Shown piece by piece: positions 10,087 to 21,600 of a stretch of DNA of 33,388 bases. The notes beneath the pieces were generated by a model. The model did no database searches and had not been told where the DNA came from. It saw only the letters and a program-made list of their open reading frames with translations. This DNA comes from Octopus bimaculoides (Eukaryota): the NCBI RefSeq assembly GCF_001194135.2, contig NC_068984.1, positions 45,051,910 through 45,085,297 of the forward strand, written 5' to 3'. The position numbers and the translations under genes are program-made. The first letter of the stretch is position 1. Each line of letters begins with the position of its first letter.

Positions 10087-10834
10087 CAGCGCTAACTTGA
10101 TATAATATTTTGGGAATAAAACAGAGAAATTAGCACGTTTCATCATACACTTGTTGGAAACATTTTAAAGAGAGTTTTGTGGGATGGGGTTGGGGGACGA
10201 AGGATCCTGTGCATGAACATATGTAAATACTATGCTGTAACTGTAGACTGGAATAAATTGTGAAACCATAAATTTATCATAAATATACTACGTTGTGAGA
10301 GTTTCGTATCTCAACATTCAGATCAACTGAATAATTGTTCATATTTTGGTCGAGGCAAGTGCTTTACAGGATGTAAAACTTGTGGTTCTGGCTATGATGT
10401 TTTCTGTATCTACAATCAGCCAACAGCGTGGCGCACTATTGCAATGGCTTCCTTGTTATCCACTCATTGCAAATAGCTGACGGGTGGATGACAGCATGCT
10501 AACATTCCTTTCATCCTCTTGGAGAATTTTTCATTTACATAATTAAAAACAATGTTTCGTAAATGCAACAAATTCATTAAATAATATAAGACAGATAACA
10601 AGCGTGGCTTATGTATGTGGGGTAGGAACGTACAATGATGATGTAACATCGCCACATAACTGCCGATCTTGTAATATTTTGGCGTGTATTCAATATTTTG
10701 TTATTACTAAGAATTATTGTACCTAGCGCAGCTATGCTTTTCCGGTTCCCTCGTCTACAACACTCGGTTTTCCAACTGTAATGCGGCCGTATTAGAAGCT
10801 ATGCAGTGTTCTGAAGAATTTAAGAATAAAAATG

Positions 10835-10885
<51 letters not shown>

Positions 10886-11085
10886 NNNNNNNNNNNNNNN
10901 NNNNNNNNNNNNNNNNNNNNNNNNNNNNNNNNNNNNNNNNNNNNNNNNNNNNNNNNNNNNNNNNNNNNNNNNNNNNNNNNNNNNNNNNNNNNNNNNNNNN
11001 NNNNNNNNNNNNNNNNNNNNNGTGTGTGTGTGTGTGTGTGTGTGTGCGTGTGCGCGTGTGTGTGTGTGTATGTATATATATATTA

Positions 11086-12530
11086 TATCTATATAATTTT
11101 GGGTTGCTCCCAAGACTGTTGTGGCTCATAACTGTGTATGAAGTTTCTCTAACAAGGATTGAAACAATTGAACGTAAGATCAATAAGATGGTAAGGAAGT
11201 GGATTGCCCTTTCGAAGTGCCTTTCATCTGTTGCCCTTTATGGGTATGCTCCAGTTGCCCCTGACGTCACTAGTGGAGGAATACAAGGTCTCTAAGGTGC
11301 ATCTGCAATCGATGCTGTCTGAGTCAAGGGACACTGTGAACCAGGACAATCCACCAGATTTGAACACTGGTAAGAAATGGAAGGTCACTGAGGCGATGTA
11401 GCAGCTTGATGAAATGGCCCAGCATGCTGAAGTGCATGGAGTGATTATAGACGGTATGGCTGGTGTGGGGATTTTCAAGAGAGAGCGGTTCTGGTCTGAG
11501 TCAAGTGAACAAGAACAGTGGAAGCTACGTGAACAACAAGTAAGGTAGCTGGAATATGAGAGGTGTCTGGGTCACGCAGGGCATCAAGCACAGCAGGGTT
11601 GGTAGCTGAATTGGGATGATATCGAAAAGATAGAGTTGAAGTGGTCTGATTGGTGGAGGTTGGGTGCAGGGCATTTGAAAGCTCTAATCTAGACTGCGTA
11701 TGTTGTGCATCTGTCTCCAGATAATATCAAAAAATGGGGTATCCAAGAAAATCCAAAGTTCCACTTGTGTGGGAAGTATGGTAGCCTCAAACACATGCTG
11801 TTAGCTTGCCCCAAAACATTCCAGTCTGGATGGTATACATTTTGACATAATTTAGTGCTAATCGTTGTTGCTTCAGCTGCAAGAGAGGGTCAAGTGCCTG
11901 AACTGAGTTTGCGCAAGACAGCATTTGTGGAGTAAGGTGTTATGCCAAAGAGACAGAAACCTCGGCAGGCCGAAGACAGTTTATGGGAGGTGTTCGTGGA
12001 CAAGCCATTACCTGAAAGCATCGTTGTGTTAGCATTCCGGCCCGACCTGGTGTTGGTAGATGGGGATCAAAGACGTTTGGTCCTTGGGGAGCTTACTGTG
12101 CCATGGGAGGAGAGCATTTCTGAGGCCCGTGAGCGGAAGCTGTTGGGCTATGAAGAGCTGGTAGCTGAGATTCGGAAGAAGGGTTTCACCTGTGAGCTGG
12201 TTGCGTTCGAGATTGGCTGTAGGGGTTTCTCAGCAGCTCCTCTCAAAAGGTTTCTGAAGCTCGCTGGTGTATCTGCTGTGAGGAAGACAATCAAGGAATG
12301 TGGGGAGAAAGCTGTTCAGGGTAGTTCCTGGAATACCAGGAGGTTTGTGAACGCGTATAAGGCCACAGAACTGTCATGAGTCCGGTTGCAACACAACACG
12401 TCTAGCTGTTGTGGGCCCACCGCGTGGAGAGATACTGAGTTTAATGGTCCGAAATCTTGTCGAAGCACGACACTCAGCTGATGATTGCAGCCGGACGAGA
12501 AATGGAGCATTCGCTGTTTTCTTCTACGAT
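11086..12530 (+). mobile_element. HERO-clade RLE non-LTR retrotransposon, 5'-truncated (RT thumb, CCHC knuckle, PD-(D/E)xK endonuclease, 3' UTR)
   Basis: GLLPRLLWLITVYEV…IERKINKMVRKWIALSKCLSSVALYG, LQLPLTSLVEEYK, TGKKWK, QQGW*LNWD, knuckle (F)HLCGKYGSLKHMLLACP, YTF*HNLVL, RPDLVLV…LGELTVPWEE…RKLLGYEEL…FEIGCRGF. One frameshift near 11245, then a single frame with six in-frame stops. The clade call is from motif memory. Confidence 0.9.
12426..12496 (+). ncRNA. Candidate non-circularly permuted hammerhead in the HERO 3' UTR
   Basis: Stem III GAGAU/AUCUU, AUA triplet, stem I CUGAGU/ACUCAG directly before CUGAUGA, and GAAA located upstream of CUGAUGA. Stem II is poor. Confidence 0.4.
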
Positions 12531-12983
12531 ATATATATATGTATACATACGTATACATATACATATTTATATATNNNNNNNNNNNNNNNNNNNNNNNNNN
12601 NNNNNNNNNNNNNNNNNNNNNNNNNNNNNNNNNNNNNNNNNNNNNNNNNNNNNNNNNNNNNNNNNNNNNNNNNNNNNNNNNNNNNNNNNNNNNNNNNNNN
12701 NNNNNNNNNNNNNNNNNNNNNNNNNNNNNNNNNNNNNNNNNNNNNNNNNNNNNNNNNNNNNNNNNNNNNNNNNNNNNNNNNNNNNNNNNNNNNNNNNNNN
12801 NNNNNNNNNNNNNNNNNNNNNNNNNNNNNNNNNNNNNNNNNNNNNNNNNNNNNNNNNNNNNNNNNNNNNNNNNNNNNNNNNNNNNNNNNNNNNNNNNNNN
12901 NNNNNNNNNNNNNNNNNNNNNNNNNNNNNNNNNNNNNNNNNNNNNNNNNNNNNNNNNNNNNNNNNNNNNNNNNNNNNNNNNNN

Positions 12984-13017
<34 letters not shown>

Positions 13018-13254
13018 GTATGTATGCATGTATGTATGTGTATGTACATATATGCATATATATGTATGTGTGTGTGTTTGTGCTCGCGTGGTGCATGTAA
13101 ACATATGCACGCGTATGTATTTCATAAATTTATATATTGTAATAATTGCACACGGCACCACCATATCACAATAGCTGTAGAGTCCTGAATACTAAATAAA
13201 TTACTGGGCTTACGTCGTTTGAGAGCGAGGATACAGTAGCTCGATCATATGACA

Positions 13255-13350
13255 CGGACACGTGTACCCTCAATGGAATCTGTAGAGTCAATCAGCATGA
13301 CACAGTGTGAGACATGGGTGTACCTTTTGAATTACAAGTAAAATCCAACC
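13255..13350 (-). mobile_element. SINE family A degenerate fragment
   Basis: GACACGTGTACCCT...CAGCATGACACAGTGTGA...CCTTTTGAATTACA matches 33089-33165. Confidence 0.6.
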
Positions 13351-13426
13351 GCCGGTCTTCTACAATTAATACACTTGCTAATATCATAACCATATACATA
13401 AAAAGTTAGTTAATTTGTTAGTTAGT

Positions 13427-13462
<36 letters not shown>

Positions 13463-13582
13463 GGTATAAATATACTAAGAATAGGTCGGTGTGAACCGGT
13501 TATACTAGGGAAAATGAAAGCATAAAGCGTTAATACACAAACACAAAAGTGTATGCAAAATAAACAAATATGTGTGTTTGAG

Positions 13583-13619
<37 letters not shown>

Positions 13620-14431
13620 NNNNNNNNNNNNNNNNNNNNNNNNNNNNNNNNNNNNNNNNNNNNNNNNNNNNNNNNNNNNNNNNNNNNNNNNNNNNNNNNN
13701 NNNNNNNNNNNNNNNNNNNNNNNNNNNNNNNNNNNNNNNNNNNNNNNNNNNNNNNNNNNNNNNNNNNNNNNNNNNNNNNNNNNNNNNNNNNNNNNNNNNN
13801 NNNNNNNNNNNNNNNNNNNNNNNNNNNNNNNNNNNNNNNNNNNNNNNNNNNNNNNNNNNNNNNNNNNNNNNNNNNNNNNNNNNNNNNNNNNNNNNNNNNN
13901 NNNNNNNNNNNNNNNNNNNNNNNNNNNNNNNNNNNNNNNNNNNNNNNNNNNNNNNNNNNNNNNNNNNNNNNNNNNNNNNNNNNNNNNAGTCAATACACTA
14001 GAAAGGCTATTGGTGCATACATTATAAAATACTTCTTGTGAAACTGGAGAAATATTAATTTCTTTTAATCCAATGAACAATCCTGTTTTTGACGGTAGTG
14101 GTTAATTCGGAAATTATATCCTAAAGAAGGAAAAACTTTTCATTGGCTTTACTCTTCAAAAATAAGTTTTATTGTAAAAAAAATTCGAGGTCAAATTGAG
14201 AATTAAATTTTGCGAATTCGAATAATAAATTTGAATACTTCTGCTAACTTCAGAGTTGGTGGAAGATACGGGCTACTAGGGTTGTTTCCTGGGACACCTC
14301 GTACTCGGGAGCATGATGTCCTGTATCTGGGGAATACAAATGGGAATATGAAAATAATGATTGGTTGTTATTTCTTACAGAATGAGGTCCCAAAGGCCTC
14401 ATCGTTGACCCCAGAAGTAATATTACTATTA

Positions 14432-15045
14432 TTTAATTTGTTTAAGTCATTTGACTACAGCCATGCTGGAGCACCGCTTTAAAGAGTTTTATTCGAAGAA
14501 ATCGACCTCTAGACTAATTCTTTGTAAGCCTAATACTTAATCTATCGGGCTCTTTTGCCGAACCGGTAAGTTACGAGAACATAAACACACCAGCACCGGT
14601 TGTCAAGCGATGGCGTGAAGACAAACATATAAATAAATAAGTATATATATATTATATACTCGGACCTCGATGAGGTCACAGAAGTGTGACGAAAGAACTC
14701 TGGCCGAAATAAGATTAAGATTAATGTAATATAAAGCTGAAGCAAATTAACACCAAATATACAATGCGTGTGTTTTTATTGGCTAAACTGGCAATATGAC
14801 CATCCCCAAGTACAATAACATCTGTTTCAACACATGATTTCACATAAAAAATCTTGCAAAACATATATATATATATATATACAACGGGCTTCATTCAGTT
14901 TCTGTCTACCACATTTACTCACAAGGCTCTAGTCGGCCTGAGGCTACAGGAGAAGACACTAGTCCAAGATGCCACGCAGTGAGACTGAACCCGGAACCAT
15001 GTAGTAGGGAAGCAAGCTTCTAACCACACAGCCACACCTGCGTCT
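14432..15045 (-). mobile_element. SINE family C, full length, with a ~200-bp insertion (about 14659-14861) in its internal (TA)n tract
   Basis: 3' half at 14432-14630 and 5' half at 14880-15045 (…GAACCCGGAACCATG…CCACACAGCCAC) are collinear with 20001-20464 and 31566-31932. Confidence 0.85.
14660..14707 (+). ncRNA. Degenerate minimal type I hammerhead-like sequence
   Basis: CUcGAUGA-G-GUCACA(GAAG)UGUGAC-GAAA-GAACU-C, with partial stem I UCGG/CCGA. Confidence 0.45.
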
Positions 15046-15769
15046 ATATTTCATAAAATGTAATAAGTACTTTATTCTTATATATGCAGTGTTTACTCCT
15101 TGCGAAAAAAAGGTTTAAGATTATATTTGTAAGAACCTTGAAATTCAACTTGCTTCTGGCGCACAACATCCCCAGGGCTGTTTCTGATTAACGTTAATTA
15201 AATATATTTGATAAAATTTAAATTTTGTAGAGAGTTATGCAAATAAATCCTCTACCAAGCAAAAACAAAAAGGGAGTACCTGGCCGTGAAGCAGCTCGAA
15301 AAAGCAGCCAAATAACCAACGTGTTTACTTCTGGAGTCAATGATGAGGCCTTTGGGGCCTCATTTTCTTAGAAATAACAACCAATCTTTCATATAGCTAG
15401 ATTTTAAAGTAACAGTCGAATTTCTAGGGGTTACTCGATTTCTTAATTAAAAAGAGAAAGAGAAGAATAAACATATATTTGCGTATTCACACACACACAC
15501 ATACACACATATGAATGTGCATATGTGTGTGTATGCATGTGTGTGTATGCATGTGTGTGTATGTCAATATATCTATCTAGTTATCTATCTGTCTCGATCT
15601 CACATCACATCTCATCGTTCTCAAGAAGGAAAAACTCGTCGGATGATCACTCTTGGGATGCCTTCGATAAGTCTGCTCTATCAGGTTTGTACTGATGCTA
15701 CGCAACAAGAAGCCTTGCATTATTTCTTCAAAGTGTTATGCTAGAAACGTTAGAATCCATACCTCTGCT

Positions 15770-16100
15770 AGGACACTAAGACAAATACCTGATGGCAAAG
15801 CACCTAAAAAAGAACGCCTTCCAAGACAAACATCCATCTCTTGGTCAAAGCACCCCAAAACAAACTTTTGTGGAAAAACGTATTTGTACAAAGCCCTTTT
15901 GGACAAAACCTCCCTAGGACATCCCGCCAGGACAAAATACCCTCTGACAAAGCCATATTCTGCCCATGACAAATTGCCTCTGGAACAAAAAGAAAATTAG
16001 TACAAAATCTAGGCAAAAAACGCCGTAGGACTAAACTCCTAAAGACAAAATCTTCCAAGGAAAAAAACCACTTAGAACAAATGCTTCTTAGAAAAGCACT
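15770..16100 (+). repeat. Degenerate ~14-17-bp minisatellite (about 20 units, GGACAAAANNCCYY-like)
   Basis: Recurring GGACAAAA/GACAAA/GTACAAA/GGCAAAA cores, each followed by a C-rich spacer. Confidence 0.65.
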
Positions 16101-16921
16101 CCTTGTTTAAAATGAAGTTCAGATAAAAACAATTAAAAGCAAAAAAAAAACAAAAAAAAACATACACAACACATAGTAAATAGTAAAGCAAATATGTAAA
16201 AAAAAAACTCATTTTCGAAAAGAAAAATTTCTAAACAAATAATTAATTTATTAATATTATTTTAGTAATTAGCACTGAGAGAATTCATGAAACGAAGTCT
16301 TTCAATTACCTAGAATATTCAATAGAAGTAATTAAGCAGGTAATACAATTTTGTTTATGTTACCTAAACGTAATGAGCAGTAGGAAAATATTACGCAATA
16401 GGACTGCAATAAGAAAAACAGTATCGTACCGCATTAAGAAAGATTTTATCAGAAATTAGAATATTAGAAGTGTAGTAGAAGTATATAGCATACATTAACA
16501 CTTATATAACAAATTTATATTGCAGAAAGAAATCATTTACGCAATCATAAATATAAGTACAATTTAAGAAAAAAATCATTAGTTTGCTAAAACAAATTAT
16601 TTTCTCCAGAAAGAGTTTACTGAAAATAGTTTAATCAAGGTGGGTTGTCCTAGATTGCATAATAATTGTATAGGGGTTATGCAAGGAAGTTTTCTCAGAT
16701 GTTTATCATTATACAATTTATTTAAAAACTTGTTAACATTATACCTAAATCTGTCCAAATCACGCCATCTTTGAAAAGAAACATTTGATAAATGTGATCC
16801 TAGATACACTTTCTGGTAAAACAATGGAAATTAGGTCGATCACGGTCTCAAGACAGTACTCTTTTAATATACTACAGTTTCGCTTATGTAATATAGACAA
16901 TTGGTCATAGGTCTGCTTGTT

Positions 16922-17092
16922 AATAGCAATAATAACAATAACAACACCAATAACAACACAAAGAAGAATCACAGCAACAACAATAATAACAATAACCACG
17001 ATCACAATACTACACCACTACCACTACAACCAGCAGCAGCAGCAGCAGTAGCAGTAGCAGCAGCAGTAGCAGCAGCAGCAGCAAAAGCAGCA
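16922..17092. repeat. Degenerate (AAC/AAT)n then (CAG/TAG)n trinucleotide tract
   Basis: Direct inspection; source of the poly-N/poly-A ORF. Confidence 0.85.
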
Positions 17093-17231
17093 ACACTCAT
17101 TAATTTCCGACTTTATCTTTTATTTCTTAGTAGTTCTGTAGTTTTTCTTAAAATATGTCCCTGCGTTGATAAGACTATTCATTATCAACCATATTCACAC
17201 ACACACACACACACACATACATACAAACGTG

Positions 17232-17272
<41 letters not shown>

Positions 17273-17696
17273 TCACATACACACACACGCACACTCACAC
17301 AGACTAACAAATACTCAAGCTCAAACGCACATCCAATGAAATATAGAGAAAATCGCGAACATAACTGATACACATACATATGGAAGAGTGTGTACGAACC
17401 GCAGAATCCTTTAACTGACTCTTAACTTCATTTTACGACTGATTTCGGTGTAATGGAGTTTGAAGGCGGGACAACAACAAACATGAAACTTGAAACGGCA
17501 AACAAAAACACCACAGAGGAAGCCGTATGTCAGTAAAAGAGAAGCCAAGAATGTAGTGATGCTTTGCGCCGGTACAATGTTTCTTTTTATCACCATTAAC
17601 AATATCATTGCCCAGATCCAAAGTCATGAGGATATATATGTGTATATGACAGTGGTTAGTGAGAGAAAAGTGATTATAGAAACAAGGATGGAGAGC

Positions 17697-17730
<34 letters not shown>

Positions 17731-18938
17731 GAGAAAGATAGGCGGAGAGAAACAGAGGTAAAAAGAGACTGGGTGGGGGAGAGAAAGAGGCAAAAAGAGA
17801 GAAAGGGGAACAGAAAGAGATATACAGAGGCAGAAAGTAGGAGAAAATAGAGCGTGAGCCCGAGAGTGAGGATGAAGGCAGAGAAACATTAAAACCAAGA
17901 AGGAAAAGTTAGTTTCGACGTGTGTTAGAGTAATGGTATTAGTCTCAAAGTTTGTATCTTTTTTATGTTTAAAATATCCAGGTACAGCGCAAAATTTTGA
18001 CTGTATTTCATTGTTAACAGTATGTTGTTGTTTATGTTATTAAGTAGCGTCTTGTAATCATTATGATGGTCAAGACTCTGGCTCGACCAACATCTCAAGT
18101 AAGATCCTCATTTTTCTTATAGAGATTTATGGAAACTGCTGCCACACTTTAATCTATATTATTCACATGATTGGGTTTCAATATACTTTGACCAAATTGG
18201 TGCAATTTGGGACAACATTCGTTCTCATTTCCTAGATGTCTTTTTTTTTCTTTCAGTCAATACTGCCAGTGAAGCTGGAAATATTATTTTAGAGGATAAA
18301 TTTAATGTCTTCCGGGATCTGGAGTTGTGGGGACTCTTGGGGACTCTTGACAGAACGTCAGCACTATAAATACTGCTTGACCTTCTAAACATGCGATCCA
18401 TTTCAGTCTCTTCCCTTTGATTACCTCAGTAACGGTGCACGTCATTTGAAGATCTTTTCTTACAGAAGTATTTCTACACCTGTATCATAATGATATTCTT
18501 AGAATATATCATAAACACCGCAACTTAAAACTTCTAATTTGTATGTATCTTCAAATTTCAGGGCTGGCGAGGCGTGGGTTATGGCGAGGAGAATAAGGGC
18601 GTTTTATAGACTAAATATCGTTTCGTGTTTTATGTCATGCTTTTTCTGATCCATTTGATATTAAACTTCCGAGAAGCGCAAATTTCGTGCTATGCTCTAC
18701 TTCAGAATAAGCAAATGTGATCATCTTGTTTTTGATAAGTAACAGGATCTTCTATTTCGTGTCATTATTTTCATGTCTCGCTTTTTGTATGGTTCGTTTA
18801 ACTGTTTTTTGGATATTAGGGTTGTGCTATCAGCATATGTGCATGCGTTCTATGTGTGTATGTGTGGTTATTCCTAAACTCAAACGCACACACGCACAGA
18901 CACATATATAATTATACATACACTCATATATGTGTATG

Positions 18939-19000
<62 letters not shown>

Positions 19001-19277
19001 NNNNNNNNNNNNNNNNNNNNNNNNNNNNNNNNNNNNNNNNNNNNNNNNNNNNNNNNNNNNNNNNNNNNNNNNNNNNNNNNNNNNNNNNNNNNNNNNNNNN
19101 NNNNNNNNNNNNNNNNNNNNNNNNNNNNNNNNNNNNNNNNNNNNNNNNNNNNNNNNNNNNNNNNNNNNNNNNNNNNNNNNNNNNNNNNNNNNNNNNNNNN
19201 NNNNNNNNNNNNNNNNNNNNNNNNNNNNNNNNNNNNNNNNNNNNNNNNNNNNNNNNNNNNNNNNNNNNNNNNNNNNN

Positions 19278-19309
<32 letters not shown>

Positions 19310-19612
19310 TTGATTACTGCGTAAACTGATAGCCGATTCCGATCGGGAAACTTACAGTGAAATATGATTGTCTGAATCCATTTTTTATACTACTCTTATA
19401 TATATAGGTTATGAGCGAAAGTGGTATCAACTAGACCCAGAGGTTTCAGGTAATGCTGAGTAAGTGCTGTGGATAGACCATAGTTAAGATCCAGGTTCGG
19501 TGATTATGTGAATAAGAGGTCCAATGTAGGTCAGCGTGTGAATATAAGGAATTCGTAATGAGATAAAAAAAAACCAAAGCTGTGTATAATATAAAACATT
19601 TACAAATAGGAG

Positions 19613-19660
19613 ATCTTACAGCTGTTTCCAGGATATTTATTATATCCCTTCATTGGAGAC
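19613..19660 (-). ncRNA. Degenerate minimal type I hammerhead-like sequence (core mutated)
   Basis: GUCU-CcaAUGA-A-GGGAUA(7 nt)UAUCCU-G-GAAACAGCUGU-A-AGAU; stem III is the perfect palindrome ACAGCUGU. Confidence 0.45.
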
Positions 19661-20000
19661 GTTGTGAGAGGATGGTTAAGCAATAGTTAGTTTACATACG
19701 ATAGAAAATAGAGAGTGAATGCATGGATATTGTATTTGTAAATCCATTGATTAGGCAGAATGGTATGCATATAAGATTCCAATACCTTGTGAGTAAAATC
19801 CAATAGTCATTAAGATTGGTCATTGCATTTGTAAATCGATTTATAGATTAAATATTGTTTCGTGTTTTGTGTCCTGCTTAATTTGGGAGTCAACTTACTT
19901 TAAACGGCTTTTAAAAGTGAAATTTAGAATTCGAGGACTGTAAAAATTCCATTCATTTTCATTGAAATGGTGTTAAAATCGTTGCTGGTTAAGGTTACTC

Positions 20001-20217
20001 TTTCATTCTTTTATTTGTTTCAGCCATTTGACTGTGGCCATGCTAGAGCACCGCCTTGAAGGGTTTTTAGTCGAAGAAATCAATTCTAGGGCTTCATTTT
20101 TTTAAGGCCTAATACTTATTCTATGGCTAAGTTATGGGGAAATAACACACTAACACCGGTTGTCAAGCGGTGATGCGAGACAAACACAAAGACACACACA
20201 CATAGATATATACACAC

Positions 20218-20298
<81 letters not shown>

Positions 20299-20464
20299 CA
20301 CGACGGTCTTCTTTCAGTTTCCATCTACCAAATCCACTTACAAGCCTTTAGTCGGGCTGTGGCTATAGTAGAAGACACTTGCCCAAGGTGCTACGCAGTG
20401 AGACTGAACCCGGAGCCATGCGGTTGGTAAGCAAGCTTCTTACAACATAGCCTCGCTTGTGCCT
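20001..20464 (-). mobile_element. SINE family C, full length, with internal (CA)n/(TA)n
   Basis: Both halves are present and collinear with the other copies; the tRNA-like head is at about 20385-20460. Confidence 0.85.
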
Positions 20465-21119
20465 ACAGATTTTATATAGAAATTATAGCCATCACTGATT
20501 TGTTACGACATTTCGTAGATATAACCTAAACATGTGATTTAATAGCACTGCTAACACAGTAGAACACAGTATTGACTTACAAAGCGTTTAATATACTTAG
20601 TTGTATATTGTGGTTGCATAATGAAATACGGTGTTCCCTACAAGTTGATAAAAATGTTGTATATATACAAACACCGACCGAGGCAGGCTGATAGAAATAT
20701 CAAATCCAGAAGTAAAGAGAAGACATGAAGTGAAAACACTTAAAAGCCAGAATAACAAAAACCTATGGGTTCCACCAGAAAGGTGATAAAAGACCCAGGG
20801 AAATTTTAATTTCAGATGATAGAGTGAAGTTTTAAACTAAACAAATCGCTAAAATCCAGCGGTTCAAACCCCACAAAGTATCGGGTGAATTTTCACTTCA
20901 TAAATTTCATTTATGCAATTAAAAAATGGAATAATAATGTTACTTCATGTCCTCTTTTTTTTTTTATAGGTTCTTGAGTTTTGCGATCTTATCACTGTAA
21001 GAGCTAGGAGAAAAGTCAACTAGCCAGAGGGGGGCTTTTAAAGTTTTGCATATATTTTCTGTGTATGCATGTGCGTGTGTGCGTCTGTATGTATATATGC
21101 ATGTGTGGGAAGATAGAGA

Positions 21120-21189
21120 CATACATACATAAATACATACATACATACATACATACATACATACATACATACATACATACATACATACA
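21120..21189. repeat. (CATA)n microsatellite
   Basis: Direct inspection. Confidence 0.95.
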
Positions 21190-21190
21190 A

Positions 21191-21400
21191 AAACTGGGAT
21201 TTTCAGAAATAGGAATCGACCAGCAAACACACACTACAATACAATGTATAAGAAGAACAATAAAAATGTGTAAGACTTTTCAAACCCAGAAAGTCATATT
21301 GTTTTTGTCATCTACATTCCAACAATGGAGCTTTGCATATTTGTTAGAATCCTGCTCCTTCCTTACAGGGAGACTGCAAATAACTAGAAATTGAAGAACA
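21191..21400 (+). mobile_element. Diverged (CATA)n-associated R4-like 3' end (ORF end plus UTR)
   Basis: KLGFSE…TIKMCKTFQ resembles an R4-type ORF end. 21310-21400 aligns loosely with 3545-3650 (ATTCCAACAATGGAGCTTTG vs ATCCCAATGAAGGAGCCTTG; GTTAGAA). (CATA)n on both sides. Confidence 0.5.
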
Positions 21401-21489
21401 TACATACATACATACATATATGCATACATACATGCATATATACACCCCCCACACACACACACACACGCACACATTCACACATATATTCA

Positions 21490-21600
21490 ACCTTGTCATA
21501 CACTGTGTTTCGCTGTGAGTGTCTTGAGTATATGTTAAGGACACTAGCATCTGAAAAAGAGCTTACAGGAGAGAAACCACCAGCTGTTCCTTTGGATGTT
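21490..21600 (+). mobile_element. SINE family A degenerate fragment
   Basis: CCTTGTCATACACTGTGT...GTTAAGG...GCTGTTCC resembles 998-1110, with many substitutions. Confidence 0.4.

Larger units (their letters stand above)
14359..15386. repeat. Two inverted copies of a 62-bp repeat (14359-14420 and 15325-15386)
   Basis: 56 of 62 identical after reverse complementing; each carries an ATGAGG-CCTCAT hairpin. Confidence 0.8.

Noticed and set aside
15770-16100. Repeat array as CRISPR or as a Lys/Pro-rich CDS (ORF 15695-16000)
   Set aside because: Units are short and degenerate with no constant repeat plus unique spacers; the context is eukaryotic with no cas genes. The ORF reflects the repeat composition.
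16597-16824. Possible MULE transposase remnant near the minisatellite (PRLHNNCIG on plus)
   Set aside because: Similarity to PRTNNxxEGW is too weak.
16901-17368. 155-aa ORF with poly-Asn and poly-Ala, resembling a transcription-factor low-complexity region
   Set aside because: Pure trinucleotide and dinucleotide repeats with no domain and no convincing splice context.
18240-18370. Strong plus-strand acceptor (TTTTTTTTCTTTCAG) followed by a 37-codon frame NTASEAGNIILEDKF…
   Set aside because: No recognisable protein and no matching donor; cannot be supported without RNA-seq.
18560-18620. Possible acceptor TTTCAG followed by GWRGVGYGEENKGVL*
   Set aside because: Too short, with no homology I recognise.
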